DNA of 64,000 nucleotides from positions 1 through 64,000 of the forward strand of contig MCFE01000403.1 in the NCBI GenBank assembly GCA_002104905.1, written 5' to 3'. This document shows positions 38,395 to 51,182 of the stretch, in pieces. Below the pieces are notes generated by a model. The model had not been told where the DNA came from, made no database searches, and saw nothing but the letters and a program-made list of their open reading frames with translations. The DNA is from Basidiobolus meristosporus CBS 931.73. Its lineage: Eukaryota; Fungi; Basidiobolomycota. Each line of letters begins with the position of its first letter. Position 1 is the stretch's first letter. A program made the translations under genes and the position numbers.

Positions 38395-39570
38395 TGTTAT
38401 GATCTGCGGCTGTGGTGGTGTAAAGGTACTCCTGGGAGAAGCTACACAACTCAAGGTGTGTGAGGTGTCTGATGGGTGCGATAACCTCTGTGTCTAAACT
38501 GCTGGTGTCTTTGTCAATATGTCACTATGGTAAAAGCTCCTGCTTCTCTAGCTTCCTAGGTGCTCCAAGTGTCTCCAAAGGCCTCTGTGTGTCTTGTGCA
38601 CTACCCCAAAAAGCTCCTTGATGGCAGGTCTGAGATGTACTGTTGAAGGCAGGTGCAGTGATCAACTGCTAATCAATAAGGTAGAAGTGTTACTGATAGA
38701 AGGGATGATTTATTGATGAGGGATTGCTTTCCCTTAAATACTTTTCCTGATTGCCAAGTGATTACTAATGACAAGGTTCTAGAAGATTCTAGGTATCAGT
38801 GGAATTCTAGATGACATCAGTATGAGCTAAAAATATGCCAAGAATGTCCTGGAAGGTTCTAAAAGGCACAGCACTCTCAACCAATGAGGAATCAGCAGTC
38901 TGAAACCTGTGCAACATAGAAATACCATATATGGTATTGAAATGGTAGGGATGGTAACACAAACCTAGGTCATGTGTCATGGGTACTGACGCGGGTACTT
39001 GCCTTATATAGATACATATACTGGTCACAAAACTGAATAACATCTGGGATAACTAATGCTAATAACTAATCAGGGTAAACATCATATGGGGATAATACTG
39101 ATAATATGGGCAAAAGAAGAATGGGATAATACTGATAAGATAAAATATGGATAAGTATATCATAATGACTATATGAGTAAACTTGTCTGTGGGAGGTATG
39201 TTTACCCTACCACACCGCTTAAATGTTTAAGTTAGATCAGTTTTTAGTCAGATCAGTTACTATATGCTTAGGTTATCAGTATATCAGTATTATCTATGAA
39301 ATCAGTAGCATTAGTCAGTAAATGAATCAGCAGATCCTTATCAGACAGAAATAGATATATTAAGTAGGATCTAATTGGGTGATGATGATGCAATCAAATG
39401 AGTCATCAGCCACAACCTACATTAGGAAATACAATTAGTCAGCAATTGATCTGGCAAACTGTATATAAGGAGCTGCTGGAACCTCAATAAAAATCAGTTC
39501 AAGTTTTAGTGAATACAATACTAGCTAAACTCCCTATTCCTCTACAACTCTTATACCAAGACTTGTAACA
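38395..39570 (+). repeat. Solo LTR A (38395-38410 + 39215-39570) interrupted by LTR B2
   Basis: Perfect TSD GTAG (38391-38394, 39571-39574). The empty site matches PHIS gene 2 at ~11630-11655. Confidence 0.9.
38411..39214 (-). repeat. Solo LTR B2 (804 bp), variant of the gypsy B LTR
   Basis: TGTGG...CCACA termini; central ~400 bp homologous to LTR B; flanks CGGC / CCGC. Confidence 0.85.
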
Positions 39571-40665
39571 GTAGTACAACCCAGACAAAGCCAATTATGT
39601 GGCCCACAAGTTCAGTCCAAACCAGAAAAGCTAATGTAAGATCTGTTGAGGTTGTGGCCAAATGATCTTAGTATGGGGATTAGATAAGGAAGCTGTGCAA
39701 GAACAATACTGCATCAATATGCATAGTATGAGCCATACACATTTATTTGGACACAACTTTGGGAACCAAAGCAATTCTGAATGAGATCTTGCCTCAAATG
39801 ACTATTGCAAAGTATGATATATTAGTAAAGCTAAGTGGCCTCTAAGAGCAGTATACACAGGACTCATCCAGGCAACAGTCCTAAAGTATCAGCCAGAGAA
39901 TAAGTGAATACCTTGAGGAATCAGAAGGTGACCTTCAAGAGGGAGAATGCCCACCACAAGCAACTGTGTCTAGATTGCTCCAGCTTGCCTTGCTTTATTC
40001 CTTACTATCCCTTGCAATGCCAGTGCGCCAGCACATGTTAGTCCAATCTATGCCAGAACCTTTCACATGAGTGCCCCAATATTGAGCCAATGCATTTCAT
40101 ATCAATGTTTTCTCTTAAGAGCAAGATTACCAGAACTTGCCAATTGGCTAAATTAGACACAGGTCTAATGCAGTGGGCTATGTTGGCATGTAACATCATA
40201 TCAAACTTAGCTAAGGGACATGCCAGTGAATCAAAGTTGCACCTGTGTATGCTGTGACATCTGACAACCAGCAAGCTACTTCTGGTGAACTAACTGACAA
40301 TGGCCCATATGAAATGCCTCCACTACCATTGTCTTTGGCAAGTAGACAAACATGCCAGTATGTGGTACTTGTGGCTAGTTGTGTTACTTCATCCAGAGCA
40401 ATTTAGCATGGCCAAGCTGCAGCATTGCACTCATCACCTAGGATGAAGGATACAAACTAAAAGTACCTATGTTGCCAGGATTATAGTCATTAAGGAAATA
40501 ATTTAGGTGTGCAAAGTGATTCACTACCAGATGCTTCAGTAGTGATCCCTCTAATGAAATCAAAGGAGAAGATGATTTAATTGCATTGTATTCTAACCAT
40601 TAGACATGATCCAACCAACTCATTTTTGCAATCCAAATCAAGCCATTGCAAATCAGTGACCATTC

Positions 40666-43600
40666 TGTTGCAATTTAAGAAGCAATTTGGATATAAGGAA
40701 CTTATCAAGAAATAGTGATAATAGTTGAACTGTTGTTTATTAATAAAGAAGCTCAGTATTTATACCTTTGTAGAAGTAATACAGCTTTAACACTAAGTAA
40801 GGAGGGTTTCTCAATATTCAGGAGCATTCTGTAACAGTTTCAGGGCTAGTACATAATACTTAGTATTAGTGCTAATTTGATCCTGACTACAGGGGAATAA
40901 TCATAAGATCATAGATCTGAAGAAAGTGGCAAAGTTAGAGCTGTAAACTAGTCCCACAGTGACCAAGACTAGTCCAGAATTGTTAAGTAAATTTTTAGCT
41001 ACAAAATTATACCAAATAGTCCAATATTTCAACACTCTCCCTCAACTAAATAGTTCCTTAATCCAAATTCCTCTCTGAGATTCTCAAATTGTGGCCTAGC
41101 TAGTGGTTTTGTCAATATATCTGCCACCAATTTGTTAGTTGGGCAGTACAATAACTCTACCAAGTTATTTCCTACAGCTTCCCTCACAAACTGATGCTGT
41201 CTATCAATGTGCTTAGTTCTGGCATGATTAGTGGGATTTCTAGCTAATGAAATACAACTCTGATTATCCTTGTAAATACATGTTGGCTCATCTGATTAAA
41301 AACCTAAGTCTTTGAAAAGTTTTTGTTGCCATATAGCCTCCTAAGTTGCTTGACATGCAGCCATATATTTGGCTTCAGTTGTAGATAGGGCCACAGTTGG
41401 TTGTTTTTTGCAATTCCAAGTAATAGCTGCACCAGCACAAAGAAATACATAGCCTGTGGTGGAGTGTCTGTCAATCGGATCCCTACCCCAATCTAAATCA
41501 CTATAACCATCAAATATTTGCGTATTAGCTGCTCCAGAGTATTCCAGTATCATATTTATGGTGCCTTGTAGATATCTGAAAATCCACTTAACTGCTGCAA
41601 TTTGATCTGATCCATAATTCTGCATGAATTGACTGACTATTCCAGCTGCCACTACAATATCTGGAAGTGTTGACACCATCAAGTATATTAGGCTACCAAC
41701 CATTGATTGATAGGGAAAGTTTTAGTCCATATTTGAGCTGTTTTGATCTATAACTGGCTGAGATTTGCTTAATTTCAGGTTATTGTCCATAGGGGTAGCT
41801 GCAAGTTTGCAATTTTCCATTTTGAAGCATCTAAGAATGCCCCTGACGTACTTAGACTGATTCAGCACAAATTTATGTATAGGTATGTCAAATTTAACCT
41901 CAATTCCAAGAAATTAGCTCAATTTTCCAAGATCTTTCATCTCAAACTTGCTGAAGAGATCTGATTTTGCCTGTATAAGTGCCTCTTGGTCACTTGAAGC
42001 TACAATTAGGCTGTCCACCTAAAGAACTAGGATGATCACACCCTTTTTGAGCTGTTTCACACATATACTGTGATCTGCAGTTCTACAAGAGAACCCAATT
42101 TTTTCTAGATATGTGTCAATCTTGTTATACCATGCTCTAGGTGCCTGCTTAAGCACATACAACAATTTTCTAAGTTTGCACACCTTATGGGGTACTTTTG
42201 GATTGGTAAAGCCTTCTGGTTGCTCAATATGTATAGTTTCTTGCATATCCTCATTTAGAAAGGCTGTTTTCATGTCCATTTGGTGTAGATCTAGACTGTG
42301 TACAGCTGCCAGGGTTAGAACTGTCCTAATGGAGTTAAACTTGGCAACCAGAGCAAATGTTTCCGTAAAGTCTAGTCCCTGGATCTGGGAATAGCCTTTA
42401 GCCACCAATCTAGCCTTGTACTTAACAACGGTACCATTTGAGGTTATATTGATCTTGTAGACCCATTTACTTCCTATTGGCTTTCTCCCATTTGGTAAAT
42501 CTACCAGTTCCCACATTTTTGCCTTGATCAGTGATTGGTACTCCTCCTGCATGACTTGTCGCCACTTAGTAGCATCTGGTCTTTGCATTGCCTGTTTCAG
42601 ATTCTGAGGTTTCACACATCAGACAAGATAAGCTTCTTCATGATCATTGGATGTCTACCACCAGGATCCAGGGGCATTTCTTATTCTGGTAGATCTCCTA
42701 ACTGGGATAATCTGTTTTGATCTGGAACTGGTAGAAGTATCTTCTGTATTTGGCTGGATTTGGTACATATCTTTTTCATTAGTGTTGATTGCATCATCAG
42801 GCAGCTGGCCAATGATTTCTGTGGCATTCTGATCTGAATTCTCCTCAAATGAAACATCCCTGCTCTTGATCAGCTTCTGAATTTTGCCATTGTACACTCT
42901 ATACCCTTTAGTATCTTCACAATACACAAGAAAGATCCCTCTCTTACTCTTTGGTTCCAACTTTGAGCATCTTTTGTCATGGATGTGATAAAAGACATTG
43001 CTGCAAAAGATCTTGAGATGCTGGAGATCAGATTTTTGCCTGTATATGTTTCAAAGGGTGTAGAATCACGTAGTGCTGTTGTTGGGCACCTGCTCTTGAT
43101 GTGTACAGAGGTAGCAACAAATTCAGCCCAAAACGTGTAGTCCATTCCCTTATCATGTAGCATAGACCTTCCCATCTCTACTATTGTTCTATTTGCACGT
43201 TCTGCTGCTCCATTTTGCTGTGGGGTATGAGGAACTGTGGTCTGCTGAGGTATACCAGTAGACAAGCAGTATTTTGTAAACTCCTTTGAGCAGTATTTTC
43301 CTCCATTGTCACTTTGTAATACCTTCAATTTACACCCAGTTTTTGTTACTGCCATGTTCTTGAGGTGCTTAAACATCTCTAAAGCTTCATCCTTTGTTTT
43401 GAGGAAGTACAACCATGTATATCTTGTTTTGTCATCAATAAATGTCATAAAGTATCTCTTGGCTCCAAAGTACAGTGTTCTCATGGGGCCACATATGTCT
43501 GAATGTACAATAGCCAATATTTTGGTAGTATTGATGCCTTCTGAGCTCTTGAAACATTGCCAAGCTTGTTTGTCATATGAACATCCCTTACAAACATTCA

Positions 43601-45348
43601 TTTGATTGGAATTGAGTATTTTGGGCCCAAAACAAGCCGATTTTTCACCAATTGGCTCATTTTCTGTTCCCCAATGTGTCATAGCCTCCTATGCCATGTT
43701 TCCCAGCTGGTTTCATCAGTTTCAGCAATGTTGACATACTCAGGTACAATGATCTTGGACTGTAACTTGTATATATTGTGATCTCTGATTCCCAAAGCTA
43801 ATTTTTGTCCATTCTCACGCAACATTGTGCAGCTCATCTTAGTAAAAAAAACTTCAGTCCCTGAGCAGTTGCTTTACTGACTGAGAGTAAGTTCTTGGCT
43901 ATTCCAGGTACATAGAGTATGTCAGTGAGTCTCACTGTGGTTGCCCCTGAGCTATTGCTCATATTAAGTTGTATAGACCCACTTGCGGTAGATTCCAGAG
44001 CAGAGTTATCTCCCAGATAAACCTTTCTTATGGGAATAGTTTTTAAGTTGCTGAACCACTCCTTTATACCACAAATATGCTGTGATGCTCCAGTGGCAAT
44101 ATACCATTCATTACTTTGGTTACTTGCACTCACTTATACGGTTACAAATAACTGTTCATCAGTAGTTATATGGTTTGCCTGCTCTAGTTTCTGTTTTTTG
44201 TCTGCTTGTTTCTTCTTGCATTCTCTTGCCCAGTGTCCTGGCTTTTTACAATTGTTGCAGCAACCAGGTTTTCTTTGGTTTTGTTGTTTTCCCTTCTTTT
44301 CTGAGTGCCTTTCTGAAATGAATAAAGCATTATCTTTGATTTTCTCTGCTTGATCATTACGTCTGAGTTCTTCATGGAGAAGTCTTCCTGTGACATAGTC
44401 TAAAGTAAAGTTGTCTTATCTGCTTTCAAAAGAAAGTATGAGTGGCTCATACTTGTCTGATAGGCTGCAGAGCAGACAGAGTATGATTTCTTCATTATCT
44501 ACACCCGCATTAATACTGTAAAGTTCTTCTGCAAGTGTCTCCATATTGGTAATGAGTTGCAGCATTTCATCATCTGGCTTCTTCCTCATGTTGAAGAACT
44601 TTTGTTTCAAGTACAGCTTGCTTGATACTGACTTTGCCCTAAATATCTTCTCTAAGGATTCCCATGCTGCTTTGGCAGTATTTGAGGCATGGATTGGTCC
44701 AATGAAGGAATCTTGCACATGGATACATTTGGCATTAAAGGCCTTTCTCTCCTTCTCTTGAAACTTCTGCACTTCTTCTGATGTTCCTTTGGGCTCAACT
44801 TCTTTTCCTGTTACTATATTCCAAAGCTTCCTTTCCTCAAGGTGGATCTAAATCTTGATTCTCCAAAGTCTATAGTTCTTTCCATCAAGCCTCTCCTTTA
44901 CAGGGAAGATGTCTGAGTTGTTCTGTTTACTGGTAGAAGTCATCTTTAGAATAGATTAAGGTGGTCAGGGCTCACAGCCTGTTGAAAGTTAAGAAGTGAC
45001 TTGGATATAGGGAACCTATCAAGAAATAGTGATAATAGTTGAACTGTTGCTTATTAATAAAGAAGCTCAGTAATTATACCTTTGTAGAAGTAATACAGCT
45101 TTAACACTAAGTAAGGAGGGTTTCTCAATATTCAGGAGCATTCTGTAACAGTTTCAGGGTTAGTACATAATACTTAGTATTAGTGCTAATTTGATCCTGA
45201 CTATAGGGGAATAGTCATAAGATCATAGATCTGAAGAATGTGGCAAAGTTAGAGCTGTAAATTAGTCCCACATTGACCAAGACTAGTCCAGAATTGTTAA
45301 GTAAATTTCTAGCTACAGAATTATACCAAATAGTTCAATATTTCAACA
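40666..45348 (-). mobile_element. Full-length Ty1/copia element (copia-2), 4683 bp
   Basis: 369-bp LTRs at 44980-45348 and 40666-41034 (~18 substitutions by eye). PBS ggctgtgagccc; PPT gagggagag; flanks CATTC/TGTTT, both derivable from CGTTC. Confidence 0.95.
41046..44943 (-). pseudogene. pol: copia-2 gag-pol (gag, zinc knuckle, protease, integrase, RT, RNase H), disabled
   Basis: ERLDGKNYRLW; WYIATGASQH; FIDDKTRYTW..LQSDNGGKY..PHTPQQNGAAER; GSKWVYK..KYKARLVAKGYSQIQGLDF; YQSMVGSL; KKQPTVALSTTEAKY. Confidence 0.93.
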
Positions 45349-46239
45349 TGTTTTACTTCTGAGATCAGTGTTATGTACATTGTCTCACATTTAAGACAGA
45401 ACCCACTTAAAAAAACACCCTGCATATATAGACATCAATTTTAACAGCAGTGCAGCTATTTGAGCTGATTTGCACCTAGGCAATCTTTGAGTGCTGGTTA
45501 TGACACCTTGTCCAACAACTAAGATCATTGATTTACTTGTTCAATGGGCAAAATGGGATTTGGGATGGCAAATCAGGTAGCTTGTGTATTGTTCAATGAG
45601 CTAATTGAGGGTGCACAGCTTTAGGGTACTCTGAGACCAATCAGCTATTGACATGCCATTCAATTGGAGTCATAGTGCTCCAAATGGTAAGTATCAGTGT
45701 AGTTTATAGTGTGTTACTCATTTATTTCTATTGACATTGAAGAAACATATCCTATTACCTGATTTTACCTACCACAATAGTGATTTCAAAATGCGCATGC
45801 AACGCAAACATTATCAGTTACCTCAATCATCCATGCCATTCTTGTGGTGTCTGATTGTGCCGTAATGTATAAGATTGTCCCACATAGTGCAAGCTTATAC
45901 TGGGGCAATCCGGCCTACTTATAGCTACACTATCATGCTTGATTGCTCTTAACAGCCACAAATTTCACCACACACCCTGACAGAGTGCATTGGAACAAGT
46001 CTAATATTTGCCACCAATATATAGAGCAAAGTTATCTGATTTCCTGCTAAATCCTACCAAAGGTGAACAACAACAACACCTCTAGCTCACAGTGAAGTAA
46101 GCTATTGAAAGTTGCCACAGGACTGCAAGCAGCTTATAATCCTCAAAAATAAGAGAATATAAAAAATTAAGTACTTGATATAGATGAGCAGCATATTGAA
46201 TGCCATAGCATTACCATCACCAGTATTTGCAAATATGCA

Positions 46240-46750
46240 TATTTTATGTCTTGATATGATAGTTTTAGAGGAAAAGGGAATTTGGCTGGCATTGCACTCT
46301 CTGAAACTTGAACTGATTTTTGTCAAGGTTCCAGCATTTCCTACTATAAATCTTGCTGGATCAAGTGCTAACCAATTAAACTTGCTAGAGTAGATTGTAG
46401 CTGATGACTCATCTGACAGCATTCTCATCACCCATTTAGGTCTTAGTAAATGCTTCAGTTTCAATATAATAAGGGTCTGCTGATTCATTTAGTTACTGTT
46501 TCTACTGACTTGATGGACAATACTGATATTCTTGTAGGCTAAGCATAAATACATGCTTACTTAAATAAAAATTGATACAACTTGTATATTCAATCAGCAA
46601 ATTATAAAACTCTCCCCTTCTGATGCTGAGTGGCCTCTCCTGAGTCTCCTTTGTTTGATACTATTGTCTTGATAATTCCAATATGACTTAAGAGGTGATT
46701 GGATCCAGGGAACCTATAGTGCTAATTTCAGAGCTATTTTGTATTCATGA
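46240..46750 (-). repeat. Very old gypsy A 3' end (integrase tail, PPT, LTR)
   Basis: Weak match to ~51185-51620, including the purine tract gaaggggagag at ~46609-46620. Confidence 0.55.
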
Positions 46751-46754
46751 AGAA

Positions 46755-46975
46755 GTTGAAATACTGAAGAGTCTGATAAAATTAAGCAGCAATGAGTTTA
46801 CTTAACAACTCTGGCCTAGTTTTACTTACAGTGAGACTCATTGCAATACCAAACTTGCCAACTCCATCCAGATCTATAAATGCTGAGCTTCTCTATCAAC
46901 AATCAACACTTCACTTATTACCACTTTTCCTGATCAGTTCCTTCCATCCAAAGCACTACAAAAGTTGAAACAGAC
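46755..46975 (+). repeat. Degraded copia-2-like LTR fragment
   Basis: Reverse complement resembles both ends of 44980-45348, with an internal deletion. Confidence 0.45.
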
Positions 46976-47199
46976 AAAGTGGTGATTGTAATACTGCCAC
47001 AGCAGCCTTGGAATTCTCAGAGAATATCTTTGGAGCTAAGTCAGGGGAAGTGCTAAAATATCCAGCTATTTGATATCATTCAGCAGCAAAAAGCTTACTT
47101 GGCAGTAGTGGACTAGTTAGTCACAGTAGAACTCATAGTACAAACTTTACCACATTGATCCACAGATATGGTCATATGAATAAGCCCCTAAAATCATGA

Positions 47200-49800
47200 T
47201 TGAACTGGCATTTTTACCAAACATTATGTATTATGGTCTTGTCCATATATGCAAAGCTATCTTATTAGCTGGGCAGTAGACTAACTCTCTGATGTTAATT
47301 CTTACAGCTTCCCTTATAAATTGAAGTTAAATGTATATATATGTGTTTAGCTCTGGAGTGATTTGTAGAACTCCTAGTTTATGAAGTATTACTTTGATTG
47401 CCATTGTAAATACAGATTGACCATCTGAGCTAGACCTAGGTATTAGAATAGCTGCTGTAGCTGTGTAGTATTCTGGTTTGCTTGTCAATCTTTCATATTC
47501 TTTGCTTCAATATCAAAGAAGGCCACAGTTGAGTAATTCATTCAAATGCAAGTGAGAGCTGCACCAGCATATAGAAAAACAAGCCCAATAGTGAAATATC
47601 ACTCAATATAATCCCTGCCCCAATCTGAATCACTATAACTGTCAAACTCCTACTTATTAGCTGCTCTTGAGTACTCTAGTATCATATGTATGGGACCATG
47701 TAGAAACTTGAATATATACTTAACTGCTGCAATTTATTCACATCCATCATTTTGTCTGAAGTAGCTGAATACTCCCACTGCCACTGCAGCACCAGGGCAT
47801 AAGGGAATCAGTAAGTGCATCAAGCCACCAGACACTATTTGATATTGAAAGGTTTTTTAAATTCAAGCAATCTGACCCAAAGCTGGCTGAAATTTGCTCA
47901 ATTTATGTTGTTCTCCATCAGGGTTATAGTGTTTACTCAATTTTACATGAACTTTGATTTAAATATGCTGCACAAATGAGTACATCTCTCAAAGTTTGTT
48001 ATTCATGTATAACCACATGCTCAATACTTGCTTAATCCTAAACAGCACTTCTCTCACTCTGCACATCATATAGAGGCTTTTGGATTGGTAGAAGCTTTGT
48101 GTTACACAATTAATGCTGTATCTTGCATATTATCATTCAGGAATGAAGCCTTGGCATCCATTTAGTGTAAATCTAGACTGTGTGGAGCTGCTGGGGCTAG
48201 AACTGTCCTAACAAATCTAGACCTAGTAACCAGTGCAAATGTTTCCTTATATCTTGTCCTTGAATCTAGAAATAGCCTTTAGTAACATTTCTAGCCATGT
48301 GCTTATCAACGATACCATTTGAGGCTAACTTGATCATGTTGATCCATTTACATCCTATTGGCTTTATACTAATTGGTAAGCCAATACTTTAACACATTTT
48401 TGCCATTAGGGGGTTGGTTCTCCTACATGGCCTTTTGCCAAATAGTAGAGTTGGAACTTTGCATTGCCTGTACTGCATTTATAGGTTTCGCACATAAGGA
48501 AGAAAAGCTTCCTCATGGTCAATGATATCTGCCATCAAGATGTGGGAGAATTTCTTATTCTAGTAGATCCCTAAACTGGGATAATCATTTCTAGTCTGAA
48601 ATTAGTAGAATTATCTTCTGTATCTAGCTCTGCTGGCAAAACAACATATTCTTAAATGGTAAATATAACATCGGGCAGATGGCTAATCATCTGAATGAAT
48701 TCCTGATCCTAAAGGTCCTCAAAAACACACCTCTATTGTTGAACTGCTTCTGAGTTAGGACATCATACAGTATATACCCTTCATTATCTTCACAGACCCA
48801 AGAAAGACATTTTTTCTTTTGTCAGGGATACAATGGTAGATAACGCTACCAAAAACATCCAGATACTGGAGGTCTAGATTATTGCCTGAAAGTGCTTCAA
48901 AGAGTGTAAAATCATGGCATGCTGCTGTTGAGCATCTGTTCTTGATGTACACTGTGATAGCAGCAGAATCTGCCAAAAACATCAATCTGTTCTCCTGACT
49001 AGCTGAGATGAATACATAGTAAGCCACCTAGAGTAGCTGAACCTCCTTAGTTACCACAAAGTACCTTCAATTTACACCTAATCTCTACTTCAGCCATAAT
49101 GTTATATGGTTCATATGTCACTAGAACCAAATCCTTAATCTGTAGGAAGTACACCAATGTATGTCTTGCATTGTAATAAACTAACAATGTAAATTAATTC
49201 TTGGCTCCAGTGGACAGTGTTCTCATAGGCACACTTCTCTGTTAGTGTAAAACAGCCAATATTTTGATGGTATCAGTGTTTTGTGAACTCCTTAAACTCT
49301 AATTGTCTTATTTGCCATATGAACATCCCTTTTGTACACTCAAATTGATTGAAACTGTGTATTATAGGCTCCACACAAGTTGACTTTTAACCCATTGGCT
49401 CATTTTCTGTACCCCAATATGCCCTAGACTTATTTGACATGTCTGCAAGCCAGTTTCATCAGCTTTAGCAGTGGTTACAAGCTCAGGTAAAGTCATCTTA
49501 CATTGGAAATTGTAAATATTGTCAATGCTAATTCCTGAAGCTAGCTTCAGCCTATTTTCACTGTGCATTGGGTAGCTCAGGAATGTAAAAGTAGAATGCA
49601 GTCTCTGAGTGGTTGCTCTGCTCACCAAGAGTCAGTTTTTGCTATCCCAGCTGAATGAAATCAAATAGTCCAGAATTTCAATTAATTTAGCACTGTCAGT
49701 ATATCTTTCAAGCTCCAGTCAATCACTGCAAGCTTAATCTTGTAGGATATTCCTTAGTTTGTCCATTATTTTGTTAGTTACCAAGATTAAATTGTCAACC
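47200..49800 (-). pseudogene. pol: Heavily decayed copia-2-like pol remnant (integrase, RT, RNase H)
   Basis: Nucleotide colinearity with ~41100-43900, e.g. gaatcactataac.., ttggattggtagaagc.., gatgtacactgtg..; almost no open frame remains. Confidence 0.7.
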
Positions 49801-49849
49801 GCTGCATCCAAGAGAAAGCTTCATGATCTGCTACTTGAATATGAGAGAA

Positions 49850-51182
49850 GTATCAGCTCTCTGTCAAACCAAATAGTTTTATATTTAGTCTATTAGTGTA
49901 ACAATATTGTCCATCAGTCTGGTTGTAGTAGTCAGGAAATGAATCAGCAGGGCATTATCATGCAGAAATAGGTGTATTAAGTACTAAAAAAATTGGTTAA
50001 GATCATGCAATTGGATGTGTCATTTACTACAATACATATCAGAAAATACTATTAGTTGCCAATCTATCTAGCAAAGTGTACATAAGGAGCTGCTGGAACC
50101 TCAACAAAGATGAGTTCAAAGTTGTAGTGACTACAGTACTGGCTTAAATTCTATTCCTCTGCAATCCTTTATCAACCCTTGCAAACTTGGTAGCAGAAAT
50201 AACTAGAAACCTCTCTACCAAGGTAACAAGTAGCATCTCCCAAGATGTCAGAATATCAAGAATGGAAAAATGCTATGCAGCAAATCTTGGCTCAAAAGCA
50301 GTAGCTACTCCAGATCCTCAGCCAGCTGCAACAAGGAATGACTACCACAGCCTAGAGCCACCAAAGCCTTATTAAGAGCAAAGGTCAACAAGCTCCATGG
50401 CAGAATCAGTAAATGCCTTGAAACCAGGTCTTTCAAGTTCAAGAGGCTTTCAAAGCCAAAGGAATTGCTGCAGAAAGCAAGTTGCAATGTGCAACTTCCT
50501 ACTTGGCAGATGCAGCTTTAAAGTGATATCACAAAAACAAGAGGTCCACCATCAAAATGGAATGCTCTACTATCTCTACCAGGGATGAGTTTGTGTCGGT
50601 AACTCAGGATGCTTTGAGCCTCCACACCAGCTGACACCACTAAGGCAGTAACTGTAGACACTCAGACAGAAAGGTATGGTTCAAGAATAGTTCTATGAGT
50701 ATAGATATCTACTTTGAAAGATTGAGAGAATGGACCCCCTTGATAATGTTCTATACTTAACTGACAGGTTATAAGAAAGAAAATGCAAGCCAGTGAATGA
50801 TTTAAGTCCTCCAACTACTGAACATGCCATCTGGATTTCTCTTGACTATAATTCAGCTATGTTTGGAGATGGAAAGCCTAGAGTGACTATTCAGCAAAGC
50901 TGCAATCACTATGCAAGATGACCATCAAGAGCAGCATCAATGGAAGTACATGCTCTGCAGAAAAAAGGACTTTATTTCAATTGCTACCGGCATGAGCACA
51001 TCTCAAGGAAATGCCCTCAGGCAAGAAATAGACACTACTCAACAAAAACCTTCAACTATATTGAAGACCTCAAGCATACTAATGTGGAGAATCAACTCAA
51101 GGAAGACCAAGAGCTGACCTTGTATGTGACTTAAAAATACCTATCCCAAATGACCTCATACCTGAGAAAACTGATATACTTG
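49850..51182 (+). mobile_element. gag: Old gypsy A 5' portion (LTR, PBS, gag), cut at the start of the protease
   Basis: LTR remnant to ~50185 followed by TTGGTAGCAG. The gag remnant parallels 54700-55740 and ends at ..KLIYL, where the younger A copy begins. Confidence 0.75.

Larger units (their letters stand above)
36623..46002 (-). mobile_element. PHIS copy 4, expanded to ~9.4 kb by nested LTR A, LTR B2 and a full copia-2
   Basis: DDE remnant ~36783-38056 (YSGKYKAYCVKFQALSGMEG..WLSGPFARVRHD). Gene 2 pieces at 39571-40665 and 45349-45990. TIR ...TTGGAACAAGTCT at 46002 followed by AAT; degenerate opposite TIR at ~36623. Confidence 0.8.

Noticed and set aside
41046-44943. Alternative genetic code or stop read-through to explain in-frame stops
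   Set aside because: The stops are accompanied by frameshifts and generally differ between paralogues, as expected from post-insertion C-to-T decay.
44980-45020. Clustered differences at one end of the copia-2 LTR pair as gene conversion
   Set aside because: About 7 of ~18 differences fall in 40 bp, but the numbers are too small to distinguish from chance without a test.
46102-46488. 128-aa ORF as a host gene
   Set aside because: It largely overlaps a decayed gypsy A LTR and has no recognisable domain. The same applies to most short ORFs in the track, which are antisense or off-frame readings of repeats.
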